Origin: a virus
Length of the DNA stretch: 46,906 bases
Direction: 5' to 3' (one strand)
UHGV virus genome: UHGV-1362522
The stretch's first letter is position 1; each line of letters begins with the position of its first letter. Shown in pieces: positions 35,615 through 44,204 of this stretch. The notes below the pieces were generated by a model, which was not told the DNA's origin, ran no database searches, and saw nothing but the letters and a program-made list of their open reading frames with translations. The translations under genes and the position numbers were made by a program.

Positions 35615-37164
35615 TTCAGTCTCGGGTTCAGGTAAACAGTGTTATTAAGGAATACGCAATATCCATCTTCTTCAAGAGACGGCAAAACGTTTGACTTGAG
35701 TCTGTCATAAATGTGAGGTATACCTTTGAATGGTCTAACGTTTTTTAGTGAATCATACAGCCATTTCACAGTTACATTTGTCTTTCCTTTTTGCGCAGCT
35801 GTGCGCAATTTTTCAGCAACAACATCAATTTCTGATTTCTCGCCAGCGTATCCATTTGACTCAACGGCGTCAGTAAATGTTTTTGTTAGTGCATCATAAA
35901 CGCTTATGGCGCGGCTTATATGCTCCTCACCAATAATTTTTGATCGACGACCGCCATCGCACCAGTTTTCAGCTGCATGGAATATTGCCGAAAGCCTGAT
36001 TATCTGTTTGTCAGCCTTACCCATGGCGCCACGAAGCAAAACGTGATCCCATTTACCACCTGGCAGGAAATTCTTTTCCCACTGGTTTCGCAAAAGTCCA
36101 ATCATACGCTGCGATTCTTTAGCGAGGGAGAAAACAACCTTCTCAGAAGCCACAAGGTTATGCACAAATCTGGCATATTCCGCCTTTAGTTCTTTAGGCA
36201 TTGGCTTACTTACCGGGCAATCATTTTCCACATCCCAATGCTCACGATAACCCAGCATTGACTGCTCACGAAGCATCAGGAATCGCTCTGACAATCCGTT
36301 ACCCCTGTCGCCAGCCGACAGAATGGCATCAATACTTTCATCCTGTGCAATGACGCTGATGTTACCAAGCACATAGCCAGATGAAACGCCACGACCAACG
36401 CGAGCTGAGCCAACAAACCCTCCATCCCAGCCTTTCAGGATGACCTCGGCGTTAGATTTCCCTCCATCCTTGCCATACGAAAGGCCAAGACAGGTATTTA
36501 AAACGCTTGCCTCATCACTTATCAGGTTGAAAAAACCACCCTCATGAATTGCCTGGTGCTGCACCGCTTCTGGCGTTGCATCAGTTAACGGGTATGTGAT
36601 GGTGTAAAGACTTTCCAGTTTTTCCTTCTCTTTTGCAATGTCATCTCCAATGATGGCCTTCGCGTTCTGATTCGTCGCTTCCTTGTAGGCCTTCATCAGG
36701 TCTTCAATGCGAATGTTTATCTTTACAATTTCCTTCTCCATCTTTTTTGACAGGTTGTCATACTCAATTTTTATCGGGTTCATGTGCATTGAGTTGATGG
36801 CTGTCTTGCCAGCTGATGGCGGCTGCGACGTCACCACATACAAGGAAACAGGCAATTCAGAACCGTAGTATTCAACGCTAAAATTTCGTGTCATGGCACT
36901 TGCTACGCAGCCAAGAAGATGCATGAATGACGTGCTAACTGGGAATTGCACAGCCCTCGCTGCTGCAACTGAGTAGCGCGTTATCAGGTCTTTCCTGTTG
37001 TCGCTGGTAAGCTCTATCTCCGAGTATGTTACATCCTTCTCCTGCCCTTCCTTAATTTCCGGCCACATGTTATGGCTTGGTGTCATGCCATGATGAATGG
37101 CGACGCGAGCCGCAGAAGTGTGCGCTTCTCTTGCCTGGTTGAAGATTTCCTGTGCTGTAATCAT
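35611..37164 (-). CDS. DUF3987-family P-loop NTPase (putative replicative helicase / primase partner)
   Basis: TSQPPSAGKT (Walker A-like), LISDEA (Walker B). 517 aa. Lies next to the origin-like region. Confidence 0.45.
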   Translation of the reverse strand: MITAQEIFNQAREAHTSAARVAIHHGMTPSHNMWPEIKEGQEKDVTYSEIELTSDNRKDLITRYSVAAARAVQFPVSTSFMHLLGCVASAMTRNFSVEYYGSELPVSLYVVTSQPPSAGKTAINSMHMNPIKIEYDNLSKKMEKEIVKINIRIEDLMKAYKEATNQNAKAIIGDDIAKEKEKLESLYTITYPLTDATPEAVQHQAIHEGGFFNLISDEASVLNTCLGLSYGKDGGKSNAEVILKGWDGGFVGSARVGRGVSSGYVLGNISVIAQDESIDAILSAGDRGNGLSERFLMLREQSMLGYREHWDVENDCPVSKPMPKELKAEYARFVHNLVASEKVVFSLAKESQRMIGLLRNQWEKNFLPGGKWDHVLLRGAMGKADKQIIRLSAIFHAAENWCDGGRRSKIIGEEHISRAISVYDALTKTFTDAVESNGYAGEKSEIDVVAEKLRTAAQKGKTNVTVKWLYDSLKNVRPFKGIPHIYDRLKSNVLPSLEEDGYCVFLNNTVYLNPRLK

Positions 37165-37437
37165 TTAAACCTCATACTCGGTTGCAAATGATTCGTGTGG
37201 GTTTTCTGATAGCCACTGCTTAGCTTTAAGAACGGCTGCGTTTGCCTCTTCTGCCGTATCGAACATTCCCAAATCATATCTTTTCTTCAAAACCATCACT
37301 CTGGCGCGGAACTTTTTTGATGCCTTGTGAAAATCAACACCATAGTATCCAGTCGTTGATTTTGGTGAAGCAACCCACCTTGCTCCACGTCCTTTATCAT
37401 TCATTTTTCGCTTTAATAAAATTCCATGGTTACTCAT
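37165..37437 (-). CDS. stand-alone AP2-domain DNA-binding protein (90 aa)
   Basis: YYGVDFHKASKKFRARV..LGMFDTAEEAN is an AP2/ERF fold signature. SD GAGGGGG 6 nt upstream of ATG 37437. The listed ORF opens at 37488. Confidence 0.5.
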   Translation of the reverse strand: MSNHGILLKRKMNDKGRGARWVASPKSTTGYYGVDFHKASKKFRARVMVLKKRYDLGMFDTAEEANAAVLKAKQWLSENPHESFATEYEV

Positions 37438-37500
37438 ATCAAACCCCCTCGTCTTTTGCTCCCTAAAACATACCACCAAACTCCCCAAAAATCAACACCA

Positions 37501-37835
37501 CTCAACGCAGCGTGTTAGGGGCATCTGGGGCAGCATTGGGGCACCCTATTTGCCCCAAGCTTTTTCTCTATAAGTATATGTAATATAATAATAATAGTAG
37601 TAGTTGGGTTAATTGGGTATATTATTATTCATATTATAGATTTTATTTTAACAATAAATTAACAAACTGGCGGCGTTTTTATATATACAAGGGGATGGGT
37701 ATCAAAATTGCCCCACTGCCCCAAAAATGTTAAATCCCTTTAGTGACAAGGCTTGCGTGTGGGGCAACACCATGCCCCAGCACCTTACCCACAGGGGTAA
37801 ATTTTACCCCAGGCGGATTTATTTTCACCATCATA
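37501..37835. repeat. origin-like region: GGGGCA/TGCCCCA iterons flanking a ~120-bp AT-rich stretch, plus a leftward promoter
   Basis: Eight or more copies of (T)GGGGCA in both orientations (37519-37545 at ~10-nt spacing, 37551, 37709-37722, 37760, 37773). 37561-37680 is ~85% AT. TTGATT-N17-TATGTT points left. Confidence 0.45.
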
Positions 37836-37864
37836 TTGACGTAGATTGAGCGCCATCGTATAGT
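37836..37864 (+). promoter_or_regulatory. sigma70-like promoter TTGACG-N17-TATAGT for the rightward early gene block
   Basis: TTGACGTAGATTGAGCGCCATCGTATAGT. Contains the complement of the ATCTACGTCA motif. Confidence 0.5.
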
Positions 37865-37894
37865 TACCACACCAACAACAAAGAGGTGATAAAA

Positions 37895-38080
37895 ATGACC
37901 AAAGCAATCTACACGCGCACGCAACTGGAACCAGAAATGGGCGCAGTGAAAGCGCAAAACTTTATGATGGCTCAGGCGATGCATGCATACAGCAACGGGA
38001 AACGAGTCTGTCGCGTTTTTAGCGGCGAAGGCAAGCAAAGACGCATCGAGCAGGTAATCGTGTCATCTGGTAAAAACTAA
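37895..38080 (+). CDS. hypothetical protein (61 aa)
   Basis: SD AAGAGGTGA 8 nt upstream of ATG 37895. Confidence 0.35.
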   Translation: MTKAIYTRTQLEPEMGAVKAQNFMMAQAMHAYSNGKRVCRVFSGEGKQRRIEQVIVSSGKN

Positions 38081-38095
38081 ACCGGTTTAGCAACG

Positions 38096-38374
38096 ATGAA
38101 TAAATTACTGGCAGTGGTTTTACTAGTTATCGCTAACGCGGCAAGCGCTGAGACTATATGGGTCACGAAGTATGCGCTGACCCGTGGCATTCAGAAGTAC
38201 GAAAGCGCACAGCTATTCGCAGATGGTCAGGTGGCTGTAGTTGTCGATGTTTACTTTAAACGTGGTGAATACTGGCTTGATGAGCAACAGGCAAAAGAGC
38301 ATGCGGAGACTTTGCGGCAACGCCGGGTATCTGCACTGATGCGTGAGCTTGAACGTTTACAGGCGGTTAAGTGA
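38096..38374 (+). CDS. small secreted protein (signal peptidase I-type signal peptide)
   Basis: N-terminus MNKLLAVVLLVIANAASA then ET. 92 aa. Confidence 0.45.
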   Translation: MNKLLAVVLLVIANAASAETIWVTKYALTRGIQKYESAQLFADGQVAVVVDVYFKRGEYWLDEQQAKEHAETLRQRRVSALMRELERLQAVK

Positions 38375-38380
38375 GGATTT

Positions 38381-38821
38381 ATGGATATCGAAATTAACGA
38401 AGTTCAGGAAATTATTAAAAATCTTGAGAGCAGAGGTGAACTCTCAATCAAAGAGGAGAAATACCTCAAGATTGCAAAACTGTGCGGGAAGTTGGCTGCG
38501 GAGAATGTGGGGCTGAGTCCTTTAATCGCCGAGAACTGGAATATGCGTGACCTGCTTCGTCAGTTAATGGCTGGACGCCCAGGCGGGGTGTATTTCAACA
38601 AATGGGAGAAGCTAATCGTTGGGGTGCTGAACGAAACCCCAGCCACCGATCGCTTCGTAGCCGGGATTAAGGCTGATGGGGTGGAGGAGTTTTCGAAAAC
38701 TCTAGAGGGGGCCGCTGACATTTGTGGTAAGTCAAAAGCATGGGAGGCGCAAGAAAATTTACTTGATTTTGCTGAGCGTGGATTCGACTTCGCCAAGCAG
38801 CTGCGCGAGGGGGCCAAATGA
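38381..38821 (+). CDS. hypothetical protein (146 aa)
   Basis: Coupled to flanking genes. No recognisable motif. Confidence 0.4.
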   Translation: MDIEINEVQEIIKNLESRGELSIKEEKYLKIAKLCGKLAAENVGLSPLIAENWNMRDLLRQLMAGRPGGVYFNKWEKLIVGVLNETPATDRFVAGIKADGVEEFSKTLEGAADICGKSKAWEAQENLLDFAERGFDFAKQLREGAK

Positions 38822-39402
38822 GCAAGGTAAACCACAGCATCGCCGCAAAGCCAATTAATAAAGAAATGATTGAAACCTACCTTCATTTTGACGGTTTGGA
38901 TTTTTACTGGAAGGAAAGACCGCTTCACATGTTCAAAATTGAGGCATCTTGCATTTCATGGAATAAACGATTTGCTGGCAAAAAGGCAAGCCACACATCC
39001 TGTAAAGGCTATCAGGAAATACGCTTGCTTGGGTCAGTATATAAAGCGCATCGCTTTGTCTGGTGCATGCATAACGGCGACATACCCAAGGAAATGTCTA
39101 TTGATCATATCAACCATGACCGATCTGACAACCGTATAGAAAACCTCCGTTTAGTCACTCAGGCTGAAAATAAGAGAAACGCAACAGTCAGAAAAGACAA
39201 CTCTTCGCATGCAGTGGGAGTTCATTTCAGAAGGGACATTCGGAAGTGGACCGCATACATCTTCGATGGGGAAAAGAAAAAGCATTTAGGCACCTTTCTA
39301 GAAAGGAAAGACGCAGAGTCAGCGAGACTTAATGCAGAAAAACAACTTGGGTTTCATCCCAATCATGGGAAAGCTAAATGCGAGGCTCATTATGACAACT
39401 GA
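38818..39402 (+). CDS. HNH homing endonuclease with AP2 domain
   Basis: HRFVWCMHNG..IDHINHDRSDNRIENLRLVTQAEN then HAVGVHFRR..RKWTAYI (AP2). Confidence 0.7.
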   Translation: MSKVNHSIAAKPINKEMIETYLHFDGLDFYWKERPLHMFKIEASCISWNKRFAGKKASHTSCKGYQEIRLLGSVYKAHRFVWCMHNGDIPKEMSIDHINHDRSDNRIENLRLVTQAENKRNATVRKDNSSHAVGVHFRRDIRKWTAYIFDGEKKKHLGTFLERKDAESARLNAEKQLGFHPNHGKAKCEAHYDN

Positions 39403-39994
39403 TGTCACCGAACTGGCGCAGAGCCTGAAAGCGGCAGCAGAGAAGTATAAATCTGTTTGGGGTATTGCTCGTTATTCAAAGGCTGTTGAAGCCAGAGAGA
39501 AATTCCATGAGTTAGTGACCCCTGCCAACGTCATCGCTCTGGTAGAGGCGCTGGAGAAGGCGCAGCAGGAGAGGGAAAACTGGCGCACCAGCTTTGATAA
39601 CGAGCGGTTCCGCGCTGATAAACTCAAAGCGTATATCGATGATATGGAACCCATCCGCGCAGCAGCTGAAAAACTGGTCCGCTGCAAAGGTCGCTATCAC
39701 AGCGAGCAGAACTACCGAGCACTGGCGGCACTGTTTGGCGTGAAAACCCCGGACCTGCCGCCGTTGGAGCATGAAAACGTCCATTATGCCGATGCTGCAG
39801 AGATGGAGATTGAAGCACTGCGCCAGCGCATCGCCGAGCTGGAGTCCCGCACCGTCACTGTAGAAAACCTGCAGGAGAGCGCCTACAGAGCTGGCTTAAC
39901 TGCTGGCTGGAATCTTGGGCTGGCTAATAACAACGACGGGTTCAATAAATGCCTGGCGGCTCATGCCGCCGGCATCAAGGTGGAGGCTGAGTGA
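39392..39994 (+). CDS. coiled-coil protein (Ea22-like?)
   Basis: Starts 11 nt inside the HNH gene. Long heptad-like helical regions. Confidence 0.4.
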   Translation: MTTDVTELAQSLKAAAEKYKSVWGIARYSKAVEAREKFHELVTPANVIALVEALEKAQQERENWRTSFDNERFRADKLKAYIDDMEPIRAAAEKLVRCKGRYHSEQNYRALAALFGVKTPDLPPLEHENVHYADAAEMEIEALRQRIAELESRTVTVENLQESAYRAGLTAGWNLGLANNNDGFNKCLAAHAAGIKVEAE

Positions 39995-40209
39995 TGGCTA
40001 TAGAAAACCCGAAATCATGCCCGCACTGCGGCGGTGAGAATGGATTCCACACGAAAGAGGTTGTGGATTACAAACAGTTTTATGCTTGGGATGGTTCATT
40101 CCTTGAGGGGCAGCACACCAGCGGCATTCGCGGCGGGAAAGCGTTCTACTGCTGCGACTGCGGTCGGAATATAACATCGAGCATCAATAAGCCAGGAGCC
40201 AACCAATGA
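39991..40209 (+). CDS. zinc-ribbon protein (72 aa)
   Basis: CPHCGG...CCDCG. Confidence 0.45.
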   Translation: MMAIENPKSCPHCGGENGFHTKEVVDYKQFYAWDGSFLEGQHTSGIRGGKAFYCCDCGRNITSSINKPGANQ

Positions 40210-40346
40210 CCAGCAAATTAACCAGAGAGCGCCTGGTAAAAATTAAATCCTGGCGGGAAATTTACGGCGCAGGAAGCAACGTAATGCTGCCAGCAGAAGA
40301 AGCGGAAGAGCTGGCCTGCTTGGCGCTGGCCGCAATGGACAGCTAG
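40206..40346 (+). CDS. small protein (46 aa)
   Basis: ATGA-coupled. Sequence MTSKLTRERLVKIKSWREIYG... Confidence 0.25.
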   Translation: MTSKLTRERLVKIKSWREIYGAGSNVMLPAEEAEELACLALAAMDS

Positions 40347-40349
40347 CCG

Positions 40350-40601
40350 GTGGCTGTAACCGACGATGAGCTTAATGCCGCGCTACAGCTTCATCGCCTG
40401 AAGGTTGACGGTCACAGCCAGCTTTCGGACGCCTTCCGAGCCGGTTTTAGGTACGCTCGACGTACCGCCCCGCAGCCAGCGCCGGTAGTACCGGAGGATG
40501 TTCGCCAGGCGCTTAGCATAATGGACGATGAAATTATTGCTGAGCTGGACGCCGAAGAAAGCGCCTGCCGCTCCGCCATGCTCAACGGAGGTAAGTCATG
40601 A
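40350..40601 (+). CDS. hypothetical protein (83 aa, GTG start)
   Basis: The listed ORF starts with GTG. No SD seen. Confidence 0.3.
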   Translation: MAVTDDELNAALQLHRLKVDGHSQLSDAFRAGFRYARRTAPQPAPVVPEDVRQALSIMDDEIIAELDAEESACRSAMLNGGKS

Positions 40602-40690
40602 AACCCTACATCATCCGCCGCCTAATCGCCGCAGCATTAGCCGTATTCTGGATTGCTGCTGCATTAGCCGTCTACCTTATCGTGAGGTGA
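40598..40690 (+). CDS. 30-aa membrane peptide
   Basis: SD GGAGGT. ATGA-coupled. Sequence MKPYIIRRLIAAALAVFWIAAALAVYLIVR. Confidence 0.25.
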   Translation: MKPYIIRRLIAAALAVFWIAAALAVYLIVR

Positions 40691-40693
40691 GTT

Positions 40694-40852
40694 ATGCTGT
40701 GGAGCGACATTCAGGCTGCATGCGAAGAGGCTGACTTTCTGTACGAGGAGACTGGTAAGCATCATGACGTCATTCAGGTTGGCAGCATGATGATGGTGGT
40801 TGAGCATAACAGCATGCTTCGCCATATGTACTCGACGACGAGGTATCAGTGA
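40694..40852 (+). CDS. small protein (52 aa)
   Basis: SD GAGGTGA 4 nt upstream. Ends in CAGTGATG (TGA overlapping the next ATG). Confidence 0.25.
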   Translation: MLWSDIQAACEEADFLYEETGKHHDVIQVGSMMMVVEHNSMLRHMYSTTRYQ

Positions 40853-41046
40853 TGCCGCAAAAATCAAAGCAGGAGGTGTGGAAGGCTGCGCAGATTGAAG
40901 GCGTTGACCACTTTATAACAGCAATCGCCAAAGCCTTCCCTGATGCGATTGAGGTGGTTCACGTTCAAAGCAATAACTGTAATGTTTGGTGTTATGCGAA
41001 AACTGATGTACAATCATCTCATCAATCATCACCCACCACCCTTTAA
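40852..41046 (+). CDS. hypothetical protein (64 aa)
   Basis: GTGATG start. Followed by a terminator. Confidence 0.35.
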   Translation: MPQKSKQEVWKAAQIEGVDHFITAIAKAFPDAIEVVHVQSNNCNVWCYAKTDVQSSHQSSPTTL

Positions 41047-41069
41047 CCCGCTTCGGCGGGTTCTTTTTT
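41045..41069 (+). terminator. rho-independent terminator ending the early block
   Basis: AACCCGC-TTCG-GCGGGTT followed by CTTTTTT. Confidence 0.65.
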
Positions 41070-41148
41070 ATGCCTCATGCGGCATGGTGTAGAATCTGAT
41101 ACAATATCGAATAACGGAAAAATAGCGAAATATTGATAGGTTTTATCT

Positions 41149-41565
41149 ATGGCTAAAAAACTATTCAGTAGCGAAAATCAACCACCAAATAAGCGCGGAA
41201 AAGACAAACGAAAGCTGCTTATTGAGGCGCTGGAGCGAAAAGGGTTTACCGAGGAGACGCTTTACGACACTATCGTTGATATGGCTATTAATCAACGCGA
41301 CACTGCAATGATGAAAGAGCTTATCGTGCGATTTAGCCCCCTACCCAAGCCCGTAGCCCCTGTGTTTGAGGTCGACTTCCCTGATGATGGCACGCCGGTA
41401 GAGAAGATTGATGCAGTCATTCGCGGCATTGCATCCGGCATCATCCCAGCCGACATTGGCAAGATGTTTGCCGAAGTTATTAAGACCGGCCTTGACGTCG
41501 CGGAAGTAACAGAGCTTGCGGCGCGCCTTGAGAGGCTTGAGAAGCTACTGGAGCAGCAACAGTAA
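41149..41565 (+). CDS. terminase small subunit
   Basis: 138 aa. Basic N-terminus (KRGKDKRK), helical. Immediately upstream of terL. Extended -10 TGATACAAT upstream. Confidence 0.55.
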   Translation: MAKKLFSSENQPPNKRGKDKRKLLIEALERKGFTEETLYDTIVDMAINQRDTAMMKELIVRFSPLPKPVAPVFEVDFPDDGTPVEKIDAVIRGIASGIIPADIGKMFAEVIKTGLDVAEVTELAARLERLEKLLEQQQ

Positions 41566-41629
41566 CTGATTTATAATAATCAGTGCGGCTAGGGGGCACC
41601 CGAAAAGCGACTCATCACCGCCTGCCGCA
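41566..41629 (+). promoter_or_regulatory. TATAAT -10 plus conserved structured leader, copy B (paralog of 406..466)
   Basis: TTATAATAATCAGTGCGGCTAGGGGGCACCCGAAAAG. Stem UGCGGC 41584-41589 / GCCGCA 41624-41629 covaries with copy A (A-U to G-C). Confidence 0.45.
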
Positions 41630-41664
41630 TTCACTTCAATGATGCCCTGATGAGGAATCTATAT

Positions 41665-44184
41665 ATGGCACGCAAAAAACTCTCAGCACCAGCAATTGAA
41701 AAACTCGAAGAGATTATTGGCGATGGCGTGATTGATGCGCCTGAATCTGCGGTGTTCGGTGTTGTTAATACAGATAAGCAGATTGTTCGCAAACTAAAAA
41801 TGACGCAAAGCGGAGTTGATGACGTTAGCGACTCTGATATTGGCGTTGATCACCTGATGCCAGAAAAGCTGGAAAAGCTACTTTACCCCAAGCGTAATAA
41901 GATTGTGTTTGGCGGGCGCGGATGCTTAGCCATCGGCACGATGGTGAGGATGTTTGATGGTAGCCTAAAACGCGTAGAGGATATCGTTGTTGGCGATAAG
42001 GTTATGGGTCCAGACAGTAAACCACGAAATGTTTTAAACATCTGTCGGGGGTTTGATGACATGTATACGGTTCATCAAAAATATGCTGATGACTACACTG
42101 TCAACTCAAGTCACATACTGTCATTACGAAAGATTCCATCTGCTATCAGTGACGAGACAAAAACACCGGATGGTAAAAGAATTTATCGTTATTACCCGAA
42201 TGAACCTGAAATACTGAATATTGGTGTTTCAGAATATTTGTCGCGCGCAACTTCCAAAAAGTTCCGCCATGTCTTTAAAGGGTGGCGAACAGGATGGGAT
42301 TTTAATGACCAAAGCGTCCCAGTTGACCCGTACTTTCTTGGTTTATGGTTAGGTGATGGTTCATCTCGTGGTGTTGAAGTGTGCACGCCTGATCCAGAGA
42401 TAGTTGACTACATTCACAACGTGGCAAGCCAATACGGGATGCAGGTAAAGGTTCGCGACGATGATAGATGCCCTGTCTATGCGATAACTAATGGTCGAGC
42501 TGCTGGCATGGGAAAGAACACCAACCCGTTACTAACTAAAATGCAGCAGCTTGGGGTGATTAATAATAAACACATACCTGACTGCTATATCAAAAACAGC
42601 AGAGAGGTAAGACTTCAGATTCTGGCTGGGCTATTGGATACTGATTCGCATTATGACCAGAAAAAGAAAAGCTATTCTTTCACATCAATAAATAAAGAAA
42701 TGGCCTTCTCTTTGATGGATGTGGCAAGATCGCTTGGCTTCAAGTCAAGCATAATCAAAAAGACTGATGTCACCTTTGAATATAAAGGTGAGAAAAGAAT
42801 ATACGAAAAGGACGTATGGGAGGTGTTCGTTAGTGGTGACCTTCATACAATCCCATGCCGAGTAAAAAGGAAGATAGCAGAGAAAACCAAGTCAACCCGT
42901 GGAAAGATGACTGAGGTGTCATTGTCTTATGTCGGGCATGGTGAATACGCTGGGTTCACTATTGATGGCGATCATCTTTTCCTGCTTGCTGATGGCACGG
43001 TTACACACAACAGCGGAAAAACAAGGACAGTAACAACAATACTTACGGAGCGTGCACGCTTTAAGCCTGACAGGATAGCTTGTTTTCGTGAGATTCAGCA
43101 GTCTATTGAGGATAGTTCATATCAGGAGCTGAAAGACGAGATTGACAGGAAGGGCGAGACAAAAGAGTTTCGCGTCATCAACAACGAAATAACACACAAG
43201 GTAACGAAAGCAAAGTTCCGCTTTAAAGGCCTGTATCGCAACCAGACGACCGTAAAAGGCTTCGCTGGCATTACAGTAGCTTGGGTCGAGGAGGCGGAAA
43301 ACGTCAGCCAGACAAGCTGGGAAATCCTCACCCCAACAGTCCGCGCTGAAGGGTCAGAGATATGGGTGACTTTCAACCCAAATAAAGAGCATGACCCGAC
43401 GTGGAAAATATGGGTTGAGCCTTTTTATAATAAATTGCGCGAAAATGGCGGCATCTATGAGGATGATGAAAACCTGATTATCGAGTGTAATTACTCAGAC
43501 AATCCGTGGTTCTGGGATACTCCGCTCCCAAGCCAAATGCGGCGCATGAAAGAAACCGACTTCGACCGCTATCAATGGGTGTGGGGCGGTCGCTTTAACA
43601 AGCGTAATGATGAGCAGGTATTTGGCGGTAAGTGGCGCGTTGCTGATTTCGAGGTTAAGCCGGAATGGCATGGGCCTTACTTTGGCATCGACTTTGGATT
43701 CTCGCAGGACGCAACGGCGATGGTTGAGGTTTACATTGAGAAACTTCCTGATGACCGCCGCAACCTTTACGTCGCGCGCGAATACGGCCGTGTAGGCCTT
43801 GAGATTACCGACACACCTACAGCGATGGAGCAATCATTCCCACTCTCCAGGAAGGCAAGATGGTATGGGGACTGCTCTCGGCCAGAAACAATCAGTCACA
43901 TCAAACGCGCAGGATTTGATATCCATCCATGCAATAAGTGGCCCGGGAGCGTGGAGGAGGGTGTAACCTGGCTCAGGGGTTGCGACAGCATCATCATTCA
44001 TGACCGCTGCACACAGACTCAGGAAGAGTTCACTATGTACAGTTACAAGGTGGACAAGCTGACGGGTAACGTGCTCACAAATATTGTGGATGCGTGGAAC
44101 CACTTCATTGACGCAATCAGATATGCATGCAACGATCACATCGTACAGCGTGGCTCTGGATGGATTAGAAGGAGCAGGAGATAA
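41665..44184 (+). CDS. terL: terminase large subunit interrupted by an in-frame intein
   Basis: Exteins join to VFGGRG|SGKTRTV, a canonical Walker A. ATPase and RNaseH-like nuclease regions follow. SD AGGAA 8 nt upstream of ATG 41665. Confidence 0.85.
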   Translation: MARKKLSAPAIEKLEEIIGDGVIDAPESAVFGVVNTDKQIVRKLKMTQSGVDDVSDSDIGVDHLMPEKLEKLLYPKRNKIVFGGRGCLAIGTMVRMFDGSLKRVEDIVVGDKVMGPDSKPRNVLNICRGFDDMYTVHQKYADDYTVNSSHILSLRKIPSAISDETKTPDGKRIYRYYPNEPEILNIGVSEYLSRATSKKFRHVFKGWRTGWDFNDQSVPVDPYFLGLWLGDGSSRGVEVCTPDPEIVDYIHNVASQYGMQVKVRDDDRCPVYAITNGRAAGMGKNTNPLLTKMQQLGVINNKHIPDCYIKNSREVRLQILAGLLDTDSHYDQKKKSYSFTSINKEMAFSLMDVARSLGFKSSIIKKTDVTFEYKGEKRIYEKDVWEVFVSGDLHTIPCRVKRKIAEKTKSTRGKMTEVSLSYVGHGEYAGFTIDGDHLFLLADGTVTHNSGKTRTVTTILTERARFKPDRIACFREIQQSIEDSSYQELKDEIDRKGETKEFRVINNEITHKVTKAKFRFKGLYRNQTTVKGFAGITVAWVEEAENVSQTSWEILTPTVRAEGSEIWVTFNPNKEHDPTWKIWVEPFYNKLRENGGIYEDDENLIIECNYSDNPWFWDTPLPSQMRRMKETDFDRYQWVWGGRFNKRNDEQVFGGKWRVADFEVKPEWHGPYFGIDFGFSQDATAMVEVYIEKLPDDRRNLYVAREYGRVGLEITDTPTAMEQSFPLSRKARWYGDCSRPETISHIKRAGFDIHPCNKWPGSVEEGVTWLRGCDSIIIHDRCTQTQEEFTMYSYKVDKLTGNVLTNIVDAWNHFIDAIRYACNDHIVQRGSGWIRRSRR
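41923..43011 (+). mobile_element. intein (363 aa) with double-LAGLIDADG homing endonuclease, inserted in the TerL P-loop
   Basis: N-terminal CLAIGTMV (Hint block A, Cys1). LGLWLGDGSS and ILAGLLDTDSH are LAGLIDADG motifs. C-terminal TVTHN followed by Ser+1. Confidence 0.8.
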
Positions 44185-44204
44185 GAAAAAGCCCCTGCCG
44201 GGGT

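Noticed and set aside
37501-37835. CRISPR-like array (repeated GGGGCA units)
   Set aside because: The repeats are 6-7 nt, occur in both orientations and have irregular spacing with no spacer structure. This pattern fits iterons, not CRISPR.
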